NCBI GenBank assembly: GCA_902566955.1
Contig: CACFKX010000003.1
Location: 485 to 64,484 of the forward strand
Length of the DNA: 64,000 bases
Direction: 5' to 3'
DNA from: an uncultured SAR86 cluster bacterium
Lineage (GTDB): Bacteria > Pseudomonadota > Gammaproteobacteria > Magnimaribacterales > AG-339-G14
Shown here: positions 18,647-27,146 of the stretch, piece by piece
How the letters are laid out: every line of letters starts with the position of its first letter
Position numbering within the stretch: position 1 is the stretch's first letter
Made by a program: the position numbers and the translations under genes
Notes under the pieces: model-generated
What the model was told of the DNA's origin: nothing
The model's input: only the letters and a program-made list of their open reading frames with translations
The model's database searches: none

Positions 18647-19501
18647 TTATAACTCCATGCCAATGGGAGGATCTGGAGGTAAATTGGGGTCTAAAGAATA
18701 AGTTAAAGTTCTTAAACTTTTTACCAGATCTTGATTTGATATGTTTTCCTCAAAATCTTTCAGTTTCAATGGTTTACCAATAGTCACGGGAACTTCGGTA
18801 CCCATTCTTCTTCTTACTTCCCTGAATAGTAGTGCAGATCTCAACATCAATCCAAAACGACTAGCTAAATGAAATAACTCAGAATTTTGTCCTTGAAAAT
18901 AAATAGGAACTATAGTTGCATCAGTTTGTTTAATAAGCCTAGAAGTAAATACTTTCCACTCGCAATCAAAAGCAATTTTTTCGCTCATTTTCATCTTAGT
19001 CGACACACATCCACTTGGAAAAATAACAATTGATCCTCCGTTCGAGAGAAATTCTCTAGAAAGTTTTCTAGTTTCTAAATTTGTCTTAACTGCTTCTTTC
19101 GTTAATGCAAAATCAACTGGCAGGAGATATCCCTTAGTCTCAGGCGCTCTAAGTAATAAGGAATGAGTTAGAACTTTAAAATCATCTCTTACTAGGCTCA
19201 TTAACCAACAGATAACCAACCCATCCAACACACCAAAGGGATGATTTGCAACAACTACAAGCGGGCCTTCTTTGGGTATCTGTTTTAAAGCTTCTTCAGA
19301 AAAATTGACATTCAAATTCAACTTCTTAACGCTTCCTTCCCAAAAATTTCTATATAACTCAGGAGATCTTTGATATTCGTTATAAAGTTTATAGAGCTCA
19401 GGTTGACCTGAAAGACTTTCAATGGTTCTTATGATTAACCTTTTTAGATAAGGATCATCAGGATCAGCGTAACTAAAATATTTTGAATCTATATATTCCA
19501 T
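18647..19501 (-). CDS. lysophospholipid/glycerolipid acyltransferase family protein (PlsC-like)
   Basis: 284 aa. NHPFGVLDG is the H(x4)D acyltransferase motif. FPSG block downstream. Confidence 0.7.
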   Translation of the reverse strand: MEYIDSKYFSYADPDDPYLKRLIIRTIESLSGQPELYKLYNEYQRSPELYRNFWEGSVKKLNLNVNFSEEALKQIPKEGPLVVVANHPFGVLDGLVICWLMSLVRDDFKVLTHSLLLRAPETKGYLLPVDFALTKEAVKTNLETRKLSREFLSNGGSIVIFPSGCVSTKMKMSEKIAFDCEWKVFTSRLIKQTDATIVPIYFQGQNSELFHLASRFGLMLRSALLFREVRRRMGTEVPVTIGKPLKLKDFEENISNQDLVKSLRTLTYSLDPNLPPDPPIGMEL

Positions 19502-19509
19502 TTTAATAA

Positions 19510-19599
19510 TGGCGGAGAGAAAGGGATTCGAACCCTTGAAGGAGTTTCCCCCTTACCCGCTTTCCAAGCGAGCGCATTCGACCACTCTGCCATCTCTCC
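19510..19599 (-). tRNA. tRNA-Ser (anticodon GGA)
   Basis: Reverse complement is GGAGAGATGGCAGAGTGGTCGAATGCGCTCGCTTGGAAAGCGGGTAAGGGGGAAACTCCTTCAAGGGTTCGAATCCCTTTCTCTCCGCCA. Long variable arm, TTGGAAA anticodon loop, encoded CCA. Confidence 0.93.
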
Positions 19600-19601
19600 A
19601 T

Positions 19602-20645
19602 TTATTTCAATTCGAAGTTGGCTATTCTATCTCCATGAAATGATCCAAGCCAAATCTTATTTTCATAAGGAAGCGCAACAGTAGCGGCTCCCATTTGCCC
19701 TTTGGAAAAGCTATAAACACCAAGCACGTCTAAATTTTCCAAAGCTAAATGATGTATCGTGAACGGTAAAGGACATTGAATTATTGAGTAATCGCATTGT
19801 AAGCTCTCCAAACCAGAATAATCATGAGCAGCAACCCACAGTCCTGAGTCTGTAACCAATAAGTTATCTTTACCACCGCCTAAATGCTCAAATTCCGCAG
19901 ATAAGCTTTTTAAATTAAATTTTACTGTTTTTCCTGAAAACCAATAATTTATATATAAATTTTCTTCATTCACGTCTAAATCAATGCCATTTGGAAAAGA
20001 ACCTTTTGTATTTGGTACTGATGCAAAGCCCTGTTCAAGGTTCCAAAAATATACCTCTCCAGTGGTATTTTTAATCATACTAGCGAATGCAATTGCCCAC
20101 TGAGATGAATCAAAGTCATACATATGAGTAATATAAAAAGATCCATCTGTCTTTAGCGCCACATCATTAAAATATTTATTTTCAGGTGCATCTATGCAAC
20201 CTCTCCAAATTAATTCAATAGAGTCATTTTCAACTAACTCAAAGAGCTCAATAGATTCACTTGGTAGATGATTCACCACTGCAAGCATATACCTGCCATC
20301 ATCTCTTTGAATCAAATCAATTCCATGAGGCGATAATAGTCTGCTTTTTAATTCACACTTTGGGTCTCCCCAAGTATTTTCTTCGTAAAGAAAATTTGGA
20401 ATTCCTTTTGATTCGGTAACTAAATCATAGAATGATATTTTTCCGTATTTTGTATTAGGAGCTAAAGAACCAAATTCTGAAATAATTATTTTATTTTGTG
20501 ATGGAGATAAATATAAATCTTCAGGGTTTTGAAATCCACAAACAATAGAAAATGAATCATCATTGTCACAGCTTTTTATTTCTGTAAATTCACTGAAGCT
20601 AAAAGATGAAAAGAAAAATAATATACCAATAAATAAATCAAACAT
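19602..20645 (-). CDS. secreted six-bladed beta-propeller, paraoxonase/arylesterase (SGL)-like
   Basis: 347 aa. Signal peptide. Spaced motifs NPEDL, SPHGIDL, FNDV, FPNGID resemble PON/SMP-30/strictosidine-synthase-like propellers (recollection). Confidence 0.5.
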   Translation of the reverse strand: MFDLFIGILFFFSSFSFSEFTEIKSCDNDDSFSIVCGFQNPEDLYLSPSQNKIIISEFGSLAPNTKYGKISFYDLVTESKGIPNFLYEENTWGDPKCELKSRLLSPHGIDLIQRDDGRYMLAVVNHLPSESIELFELVENDSIELIWRGCIDAPENKYFNDVALKTDGSFYITHMYDFDSSQWAIAFASMIKNTTGEVYFWNLEQGFASVPNTKGSFPNGIDLDVNEENLYINYWFSGKTVKFNLKSLSAEFEHLGGGKDNLLVTDSGLWVAAHDYSGLESLQCDYSIIQCPLPFTIHHLALENLDVLGVYSFSKGQMGAATVALPYENKIWLGSFHGDRIANFELK

Positions 20646-20646
20646 T

Positions 20647-21420
20647 TTATGTTCTGATCCCTATTCCTCTTTTTAAAAGAACATAAACAAATATGGAAAA
20701 AATTAAAATAAATAAACAAATCATTAAAATGGCATAGTCAACACTGATATCTGATATTCCAATCATCCCGTAACGGAAGGAATTTACCATATACAAGATT
20801 GGATTGATTTTAGAAACTCCTTGCCAAAATTCTGAAAGAAGTTCGATAGAATAAAAAACTCCCCCTAAATAAATTAATGGAGTAAGGACAAAGGTTGGAA
20901 CGATACTTATATCATCAAAACTGTTCGCAAAAATTGCATTAATCATTCCAGCTAGAGAAAATAAAGTTGCAGTAAGAATTACTATCAAAAGAGTTAAAGG
21001 AATATTCTGAACTTCAAGTTTGGTAAAAAAGAGAGCTGTTATCATCACTAGAAGACCAACTATTATTCCTCTTGCCACTCCACCAACAACAAATCCAATA
21101 ATAATTAAATATATAGGCATTGGAGATACAAGAAGTTCCTCTATGCTTTTTTGAAATTTAACTCCAAAAAAAGAAGCGACTACATTTGAATAAGAATTTG
21201 TAATAACTGACAACATTACTAACCCGGGAGCCATAAATTGCATGTAATCTACCCCACCCATATCTCCTATTCTTTTTCCTATTAAAGAGCCAAAGATTAC
21301 AAAATATAAAACTGAGGTAGCTACAGGAGGAATTAAACTTTGCGTCCAAATTCTGAAAAACCTGTGCAATTCTTTTTTTATAAGGCTAAGTAGAGCATTA
21401 ATTTGTTCTGTGTAATTCAT
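20647..21420 (-). CDS. ABC-2 type transporter permease (YadH-like)
   Basis: 257 aa, 6 TM spans. Immediately follows, with a 4-nt overlap, an ABC ATPase. Confidence 0.8.
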   Translation of the reverse strand: MNYTEQINALLSLIKKELHRFFRIWTQSLIPPVATSVLYFVIFGSLIGKRIGDMGGVDYMQFMAPGLVMLSVITNSYSNVVASFFGVKFQKSIEELLVSPMPIYLIIIGFVVGGVARGIIVGLLVMITALFFTKLEVQNIPLTLLIVILTATLFSLAGMINAIFANSFDDISIVPTFVLTPLIYLGGVFYSIELLSEFWQGVSKINPILYMVNSFRYGMIGISDISVDYAILMICLFILIFSIFVYVLLKRGIGIRT

Positions 21421-22334
21421 TTTTCTGTTAAGTCCAAAAATAGTTCTTCTAACCTATTGGTTTCATTTCGCATACTTAGAATATTCAGATTATTTTCATT
21501 CAAATATCCAAAAATTTCATTCAAACTTTGTGATTTATTTATCTCAACTGAAATTTGATATGTGTCCAATATCTTAATTTCAAAGGGACTGTTTGAAATT
21601 GTTTTAGAATCAATTTCATCCTTTAAATCAAATATAAATATCTCTGTATCTAACTCTCTTAGCAATGACTGCATTGATGAAGTTTTTACTATCTCTCCCT
21701 TATCAATTATGGAAATATTTTTGCATAGCTTTTCTGCTTCCTCTAGATAATGAGTGGTTAAAATGATGGTTGTTCCGTTGTTATTAATTTCAATTAAAAA
21801 ATCCCAAAGTGATCTCCTTAGTTCAATATCAACACCCGCAGTTGGTTCATCTAAAATTAAAAGATCTGGATTATTTATCAAGGCTTTTGCGACCATCAAT
21901 CTTCGTTTCATTCCACCGGAAAGATTTCTTCCCTGTTCTTTCCTTTTATCCCAGAGGCCTAGATTTCTTAAGTAATACTCAGATCTTTCTTTGATTATTT
22001 TTCTGGGCAAGCCAAAGTAACCAGCTTGTTGCTCGAGAATTTGCAAAACAGTTTCAAACTGATTGAAATTAACTTCCTGACCAACAACGCCAAGATTTTT
22101 TTTAGCCTTGCTATGATTTACATCAATATCAATGCCCATCAACTCTACTAAACCAGATGTTTTAGTTACTAGTGAACTAATAATGCCAATTGTGGTTGAT
22201 TTTCCCGCTCCGTTTGGACCAAGCAATGCATAAAAATCCCCTTTTTTAACTTCTAAAGAAATATTATTTAGGGCAACAAGATCTCCAGGATAGACCTTGG
22301 AAAGATTTTCTATTTTTAGAGCGTTCTCAAACAA
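21417..22334 (-). CDS. ABC transporter ATP-binding protein (YadG-like)
   Basis: 305 aa. Walker A GPNGAGKST, signature LSGGMKRR, Walker B LLILDEPT. Confidence 0.9.
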   Translation of the reverse strand: MFENALKIENLSKVYPGDLVALNNISLEVKKGDFYALLGPNGAGKSTTIGIISSLVTKTSGLVELMGIDIDVNHSKAKKNLGVVGQEVNFNQFETVLQILEQQAGYFGLPRKIIKERSEYYLRNLGLWDKRKEQGRNLSGGMKRRLMVAKALINNPDLLILDEPTAGVDIELRRSLWDFLIEINNNGTTIILTTHYLEEAEKLCKNISIIDKGEIVKTSSMQSLLRELDTEIFIFDLKDEIDSKTISNSPFEIKILDTYQISVEINKSQSLNEIFGYLNENNLNILSMRNETNRLEELFLDLTEK

Positions 22335-22336
22335 AT

Positions 22337-23512
22337 TTATTTAGATAAATAAGACATACTATCTTCAAGACCTTTTAACGTGAGACCATACATTCGATCT
22401 TCGATTAGAGTTCTAGTTATGTCTATGGATGCAGAATAATCCCAATGTTCAGACGGCACAGGATTGAGCCATGCAACCTTATCGTAAATTGTAGTAATTT
22501 TTTTCATCCATAAGGAACCAGCCTCTTCATTCCAGTGTTCGATGCTACCTCCAGGATTAGTGATCTCATAAGGAGCCATTGTTGCATCGCCGACAAAGAT
22601 AACTTTGTAATCGGATCCATACTTATGGAGAATATCGTCTGTTTTAATTCTTTCATTATGTCTGCGTTTATTATCCTTCCAAACAGATTCATATATAAAA
22701 TTATGAAAATAAAAATATTCAAGATGCTTAAATTCGGTTTTAACTGCTGAGAAGAGTTCTTCACATACTTTAATATGAGGATCCATAGAACCACCAACAT
22801 CAAAGAAAACAAGCACCTTCACGGCATTTTGTTTTTCGGCAATCATTTTAATATCTAATAGCCCGGCATTTTTTGCAGTGTGCTTAATAGTGCCATCTAA
22901 ATCAAATTCCTCCTCGATTCCTTGACGAGCAAATTTTCTCAATCTTCTAAGAGCCATTTTTATATTTCTCGTTCCTAGTTCTATAGAATCATCCAGGTTT
23001 TTGTAATCTCTCTGTTGCCAAACTTTAACTGCTTTATTTTGCTTTCCTTCACCATCAACTCTTATGCCTTCTGGGTTAGAACCGGCATTACCGTAAGGAG
23101 ATGTTCCTCCAGTACCCACCCATTTATCACCTTTTTCGTGTCTTTCTTTCTGTTCTTCTAGTCTTTTCTTAAATTCTTCTAAAAGTTTTTCTAGGCCACC
23201 AAGGGATTTTATTTTTTTTAATTCATCCTCAGATAAAAATTTCTCGAACTCTTTACGCAACCAATCTTCTGGAACTAGAGCTTCGATAATGTCATCAAGA
23301 GTTTCTAGACCCTTAAAATAAATATCAAAAGCTCTATCAAACTTGTCGTAGTGTTTCTCATCTTTTACTAGTGTTGCCCTCGATAAGTAATAAAAGTCTT
23401 CAGAGTTAGCAAAAACTAGTTGTTTCTCTAATCCAGCTAATAAGTCTAAAAATTCCCTGAGAGTACAGGGAACTCCAGTATTTCTAAGCGTGCCAAATAG
23501 GTTTAAAAGCAT
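22337..23512 (-). CDS. VWA domain protein, CoxE-like
   Basis: 391 aa. C-terminal VLVFFDVGGSMD (MIDAS DxSxS-like) and an N-terminal region typical of CoxE-type vWA proteins. 1-nt overlap with the upstream MoxR ATPase. Confidence 0.7.
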   Translation of the reverse strand: MLLNLFGTLRNTGVPCTLREFLDLLAGLEKQLVFANSEDFYYLSRATLVKDEKHYDKFDRAFDIYFKGLETLDDIIEALVPEDWLRKEFEKFLSEDELKKIKSLGGLEKLLEEFKKRLEEQKERHEKGDKWVGTGGTSPYGNAGSNPEGIRVDGEGKQNKAVKVWQQRDYKNLDDSIELGTRNIKMALRRLRKFARQGIEEEFDLDGTIKHTAKNAGLLDIKMIAEKQNAVKVLVFFDVGGSMDPHIKVCEELFSAVKTEFKHLEYFYFHNFIYESVWKDNKRRHNERIKTDDILHKYGSDYKVIFVGDATMAPYEITNPGGSIEHWNEEAGSLWMKKITTIYDKVAWLNPVPSEHWDYSASIDITRTLIEDRMYGLTLKGLEDSMSYLSK

Positions 23513-24366
23513 TATTGTTGGTTTCCAGATTCTCTCCTTGCCATAAATGCAAGTCTTTCAAGTAATTGAACGTCCTGTTCATTTTTAATTAATGCTCCGT
23601 ATAGAGGTGGAATCGCTTTAGTAGCATCTCTATTTTTTAGTATTTCATCTGGAAGATCATCTGACATCAGAAGTTTTAACCAATCAACTAATTCAGAGGT
23701 CGACGGTTTCTTTTTTAACCCTGGAACTTTCCTAACATCAAAAAAAATATCCAAAGCTTCTTTAACTAATTTTTGTTTTATTTTCGGATGATGGACTTTA
23801 ACAATCTCTTGCATGGTTTCTCTATCAGGAAAAGAAATGTAATGAAAGAAACATCTCCTCAAGAAAGCATCCGGCAATTCTTTTTCGTTGTTACTCGTAA
23901 TAATAACAATTGGTCTATGAATAGCTTTAACTGTTTCCTTTGTCTCATAAACATAAAATTCCATTCGGTCTATTTCTTGCAAAAGGTCATTTGGGAACTC
24001 AATATCAGCTTTATCTATTTCATCTATGAGTAAGACTGCTCTTTCCTCTGAAACGAAAGCTTCCCATAATTTTCCTTTCTCTATGTAATTAGAGATATCT
24101 TTTACCCTTTCATCTCCTAGTTGAGAATCCCTTAATCTTGTCACTGCATCGTATTCATATAACCCTTGTTGAGCTTTAGTAGTAGATTTAATATTCCATT
24201 CATACAAGGGTAACCCCAGTGATTCAGCTACCTCAAGAGCAAGCATAGTTTTACCTGTGCCCGGTTCTCCTTTTATTAGCAAAGGTCTTTCTAAGTTAAT
24301 TGCAGCATTTACCGCCATACTAAGATCTTCTGTTGAGATATAAGATTTAGTTCCTTCAAATTTCAT
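23512..24366 (-). CDS. MoxR/CbbQ-type AAA+ ATPase
   Basis: 284 aa. Walker A GEPGTGKT, Walker B LLIDEIDKA. Size and layout of AAA_5/MoxR family. Confidence 0.85.
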   Translation of the reverse strand: MKFEGTKSYISTEDLSMAVNAAINLERPLLIKGEPGTGKTMLALEVAESLGLPLYEWNIKSTTKAQQGLYEYDAVTRLRDSQLGDERVKDISNYIEKGKLWEAFVSEERAVLLIDEIDKADIEFPNDLLQEIDRMEFYVYETKETVKAIHRPIVIITSNNEKELPDAFLRRCFFHYISFPDRETMQEIVKVHHPKIKQKLVKEALDIFFDVRKVPGLKKKPSTSELVDWLKLLMSDDLPDEILKNRDATKAIPPLYGALIKNEQDVQLLERLAFMARRESGNQQ

Positions 24367-24408
24367 AATAAATTCCTTTTGTAGCCTCTATCCTAAAAAA
24401 TTCGAGAC

Positions 24409-25215
24409 TTATTTTTTTATTCTTAGTTTAGCCATTTGTTTAGACTGGCCAACTAACTTACCTGAACTATCCCAAATTTCTCTATCTTCTTCCATAAAGC
24501 CACCCGTAACAAATTCAGTCTTGGCTATTACTTTAAGAGGTCCTTCGGAAGGAAGACCTCTTACATGAGAAGCCAAAGATATGGTTGGAACCCAACCAAC
24601 AGTCCCTAGTTTATTATAAATTGGCGGAGTAGTCGCATCTAAGAACAGCACTAAATCAAATAAGTCAATATTATCCTTTTCAGGCCAAGACATATAAAGA
24701 TTCAACGTTGATGACGAATTTTCTTTAACTTTTTTCCACCACAAAGAATCTTGAGAATAAGCTTTTTCAATATTTTTATCTAACTTAGGGTTAAATCCTT
24801 CTTTGTATGGAATAACCTCACATGATTCATAATCAGGGAAGCTAGGAACATCCCTTTCATAAATATTCATATCATTTTTAAAAGAAAAGTCTGTAAATGT
24901 GCCAACAAATATTATTTTTAATTTGTTATTTTGAATCAATTCTACTCTGGCTGTAGATAAGCTCTTGCTGCTACTGAGATGAGTTACATGAAGTTCTGTA
25001 GCTCCAAAATCAACTCTATCAAGATAATGTGCAGATATACTCAAAGGATCTTTATGTTCTAAGAATTCCGACATAGCTTTAGCCGCAAGAGTCATTGAAT
25101 AACCTCCATTTGCTGTGTTACCAATGCTCCAATTATCAGAAACTTCTGCTGTGAATAAATTATCTGATTTCTTAATTACAGTTGTGTCTCTCACAAATAA
25201 TTCTTTAGAATTCAT
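24409..25215 (-). CDS. thioesterase-like superfamily protein (TesB-like double hotdog)
   Basis: 268 aa. N-terminal NGGY motif and length consistent with acyl-CoA thioesterase-II-like proteins. Confidence 0.5.
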   Translation of the reverse strand: MNSKELFVRDTTVIKKSDNLFTAEVSDNWSIGNTANGGYSMTLAAKAMSEFLEHKDPLSISAHYLDRVDFGATELHVTHLSSSKSLSTARVELIQNNKLKIIFVGTFTDFSFKNDMNIYERDVPSFPDYESCEVIPYKEGFNPKLDKNIEKAYSQDSLWWKKVKENSSSTLNLYMSWPEKDNIDLFDLVLFLDATTPPIYNKLGTVGWVPTISLASHVRGLPSEGPLKVIAKTEFVTGGFMEEDREIWDSSGKLVGQSKQMAKLRIKK

Positions 25216-25262
25216 GTTTTTATATTAAAGGTATGAGCTAATTAATAAAGTTAAAATTGATT

Positions 25263-26027
25263 ATGTTTGATATTGGAGCAAATTTAACAAGCAGTCATTT
25301 TTCAAAAGACCTTGATGTCGTTCTTAATGACTCCCTCACAGCTGGTGTAGAAAAGATTTGCATTACTTCATCCAATCTAGATGATGTTAAAAATGCAAAG
25401 AAAATTTCCGAGAAATATAAAAACCTCTACTATTCCGTTGGCTTTCATCCACACAATGCAAAAGATTTTAAAATTGAATTTTTAAAAGATATGTCAGTCT
25501 ATTTAAACGATCCCAAAGCAATATGTCTTGGTGAGATGGGTCTTGATTTTAATCGTAATTTTTCATCTAAAGAGGAGCAAATTTTATGCTTTGAGTCTCA
25601 ATTAAGTTTAGCTAGTTCAATAAGTAAACCACTGTTTCTTCATCAAAGAGATGCGCATGAAGAATTCTTAAGCGTTCTGGATAATCATAAATTTAATCAA
25701 AAATTAATTGTTCATTGCTTTACTGGGAACTTATCTGAATTAGAAGACTATTTAAAAAGAGATTTTTATATTGGAATTACAGGGTGGGTTTGCGATCTCA
25801 AAAGAGGTAAAGAGTTAAGAAAATGTATTGACCAAATTCCAGAGGATAAGCTTCTGATTGAAACTGACTCTCCTTATTTAAGCCCAAGGAAAAAAATAAG
25901 GCGGAATGAACCAAAATTTTTAATTGATGTTGCAGAGGAAGTAGCAACATTAAGAAATGAGACAAAAGAAAGTATTATTAATTCTTCTTACGAAAACTCT
26001 TTAAATTTTTTCAATCTCCACCGATAA
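25263..26027 (+). CDS. tatD: TatD-family metal-dependent DNase/hydrolase
   Basis: MFDIGANLTSSHFSKD.. aligns with the E. coli TatD N-terminus. HPH, EMGLD, HCF, ETDSPY motifs. ATG 25263 preferred over TTG 25257. Confidence 0.88.
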   Translation: MFDIGANLTSSHFSKDLDVVLNDSLTAGVEKICITSSNLDDVKNAKKISEKYKNLYYSVGFHPHNAKDFKIEFLKDMSVYLNDPKAICLGEMGLDFNRNFSSKEEQILCFESQLSLASSISKPLFLHQRDAHEEFLSVLDNHKFNQKLIVHCFTGNLSELEDYLKRDFYIGITGWVCDLKRGKELRKCIDQIPEDKLLIETDSPYLSPRKKIRRNEPKFLIDVAEEVATLRNETKESIINSSYENSLNFFNLHR

Positions 26028-27144
26028 CGTTTGATGATATAAGGTCATCTATTTGCTCAGTCCATCCTATTGAATCTAATATTTCCTTTGTATCTTCTCC
26101 AATAGGATTCTGAAGGTGCTTGATTTTAGAGGGCGTTTCTGAAAATAAAGGAGCTGGTGAAGGTTGAATAACTTCATCTATAGTGCTGAAAGCATTTCTT
26201 TCCTTATTGTGGGGATGATTGATTGCTTCATCCATAGAAAGCACGGGTGCAAAACAAATATCTGTCCCTTCCATGATTTCACACCATTCATCGCGAGTTT
26301 TAGAAAGAAAAACTTTTTTAAATTTAGCTTTATATTCATTCCATTTCTCTCTATTCATTTGCTCTGAGAATTCATTGCTATCTAATTCCATCTTATCTAA
26401 AAGAATTGAGTAAAATTGAGGTTCAATTGATCCGAGTGAAACAAATTTACCGTCTTTGCATTCATAGCTATCATAAAAATGTGTCGCACCATCAAGAAGA
26501 TTGCTTTGCTGTTGATCAGTCCAAAATCCAGATGCTTTCATTCCATAAATCATAGACATTAACTGAGCAGTACCTTCAGTCATTGCGGCATCTATAACTT
26601 GTCCTTTCCCACCATTTTTGACGTTAACTAATGCAGCACATATTCCAAGAGCTAATAACATTCCACCTCCTCCAAAGTCTCCAATTAGATTTAAAGGTGG
26701 AGCAGGAGGTTGCCCATTCCTTCCAGTAGAGCCGAGAGCTCCAGCAAGCGATATGTAATTGATATCGTGTCCGGCTGCGTTTGCTAAGGGGCCTGTTTGA
26801 CCCCAGCCTGTCATTCTACCGAATATTAGATTTTCATTTTTTTGCAAACAAAGTTCTGGACCTAAGCCTAATCTTTCCATCACCCCTGGTCTAAATCCTT
26901 CTATCAAGGCATCGGCAGATTCTACTAACTTTAAAACAAGCTCTATTCCCTTTTCGGACTTTAAATCTACAGCTATGGATTTTTTTCCTCGACCGGATAC
27001 TTCAAATTTAGAACCTTTGCCATAATTTTGTTTACGGTCTACTAAAATTACCTCAGCTCCCATATCAGCTAACAACATTCCTGCAAAGGGAGCAGGACCA
27101 ATTCCAGCGATTTCAATAATTTTTGTTCCTTTTAATGTGCTCAT
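26011..27144 (-). CDS. family III CoA-transferase (CaiB/BaiF; alpha-methylacyl-CoA racemase-like)
   Basis: 377 aa. N-terminus LKGTKIIEIAGIGPAPFAGMLLADMGAEVILVDR resembles the AMACR/CaiB N-terminus. 17-nt convergent overlap with tatD. Confidence 0.85.
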   Translation of the reverse strand: MSTLKGTKIIEIAGIGPAPFAGMLLADMGAEVILVDRKQNYGKGSKFEVSGRGKKSIAVDLKSEKGIELVLKLVESADALIEGFRPGVMERLGLGPELCLQKNENLIFGRMTGWGQTGPLANAAGHDINYISLAGALGSTGRNGQPPAPPLNLIGDFGGGGMLLALGICAALVNVKNGGKGQVIDAAMTEGTAQLMSMIYGMKASGFWTDQQQSNLLDGATHFYDSYECKDGKFVSLGSIEPQFYSILLDKMELDSNEFSEQMNREKWNEYKAKFKKVFLSKTRDEWCEIMEGTDICFAPVLSMDEAINHPHNKERNAFSTIDEVIQPSPAPLFSETPSKIKHLQNPIGEDTKEILDSIGWTEQIDDLISSNVIGGD

Positions 27145-27146
27145 AA

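Noticed and set aside
22337-24366. MoxR-vWA pair as a phage-defence or conflict system
   Set aside because: There is no third effector/sensor component, no nuclease or STAND-type partner, and no mobile-element context. The pair looks like the widespread CbbQ/CoxE housekeeping type. It is retained only as a low-interest operon observation.
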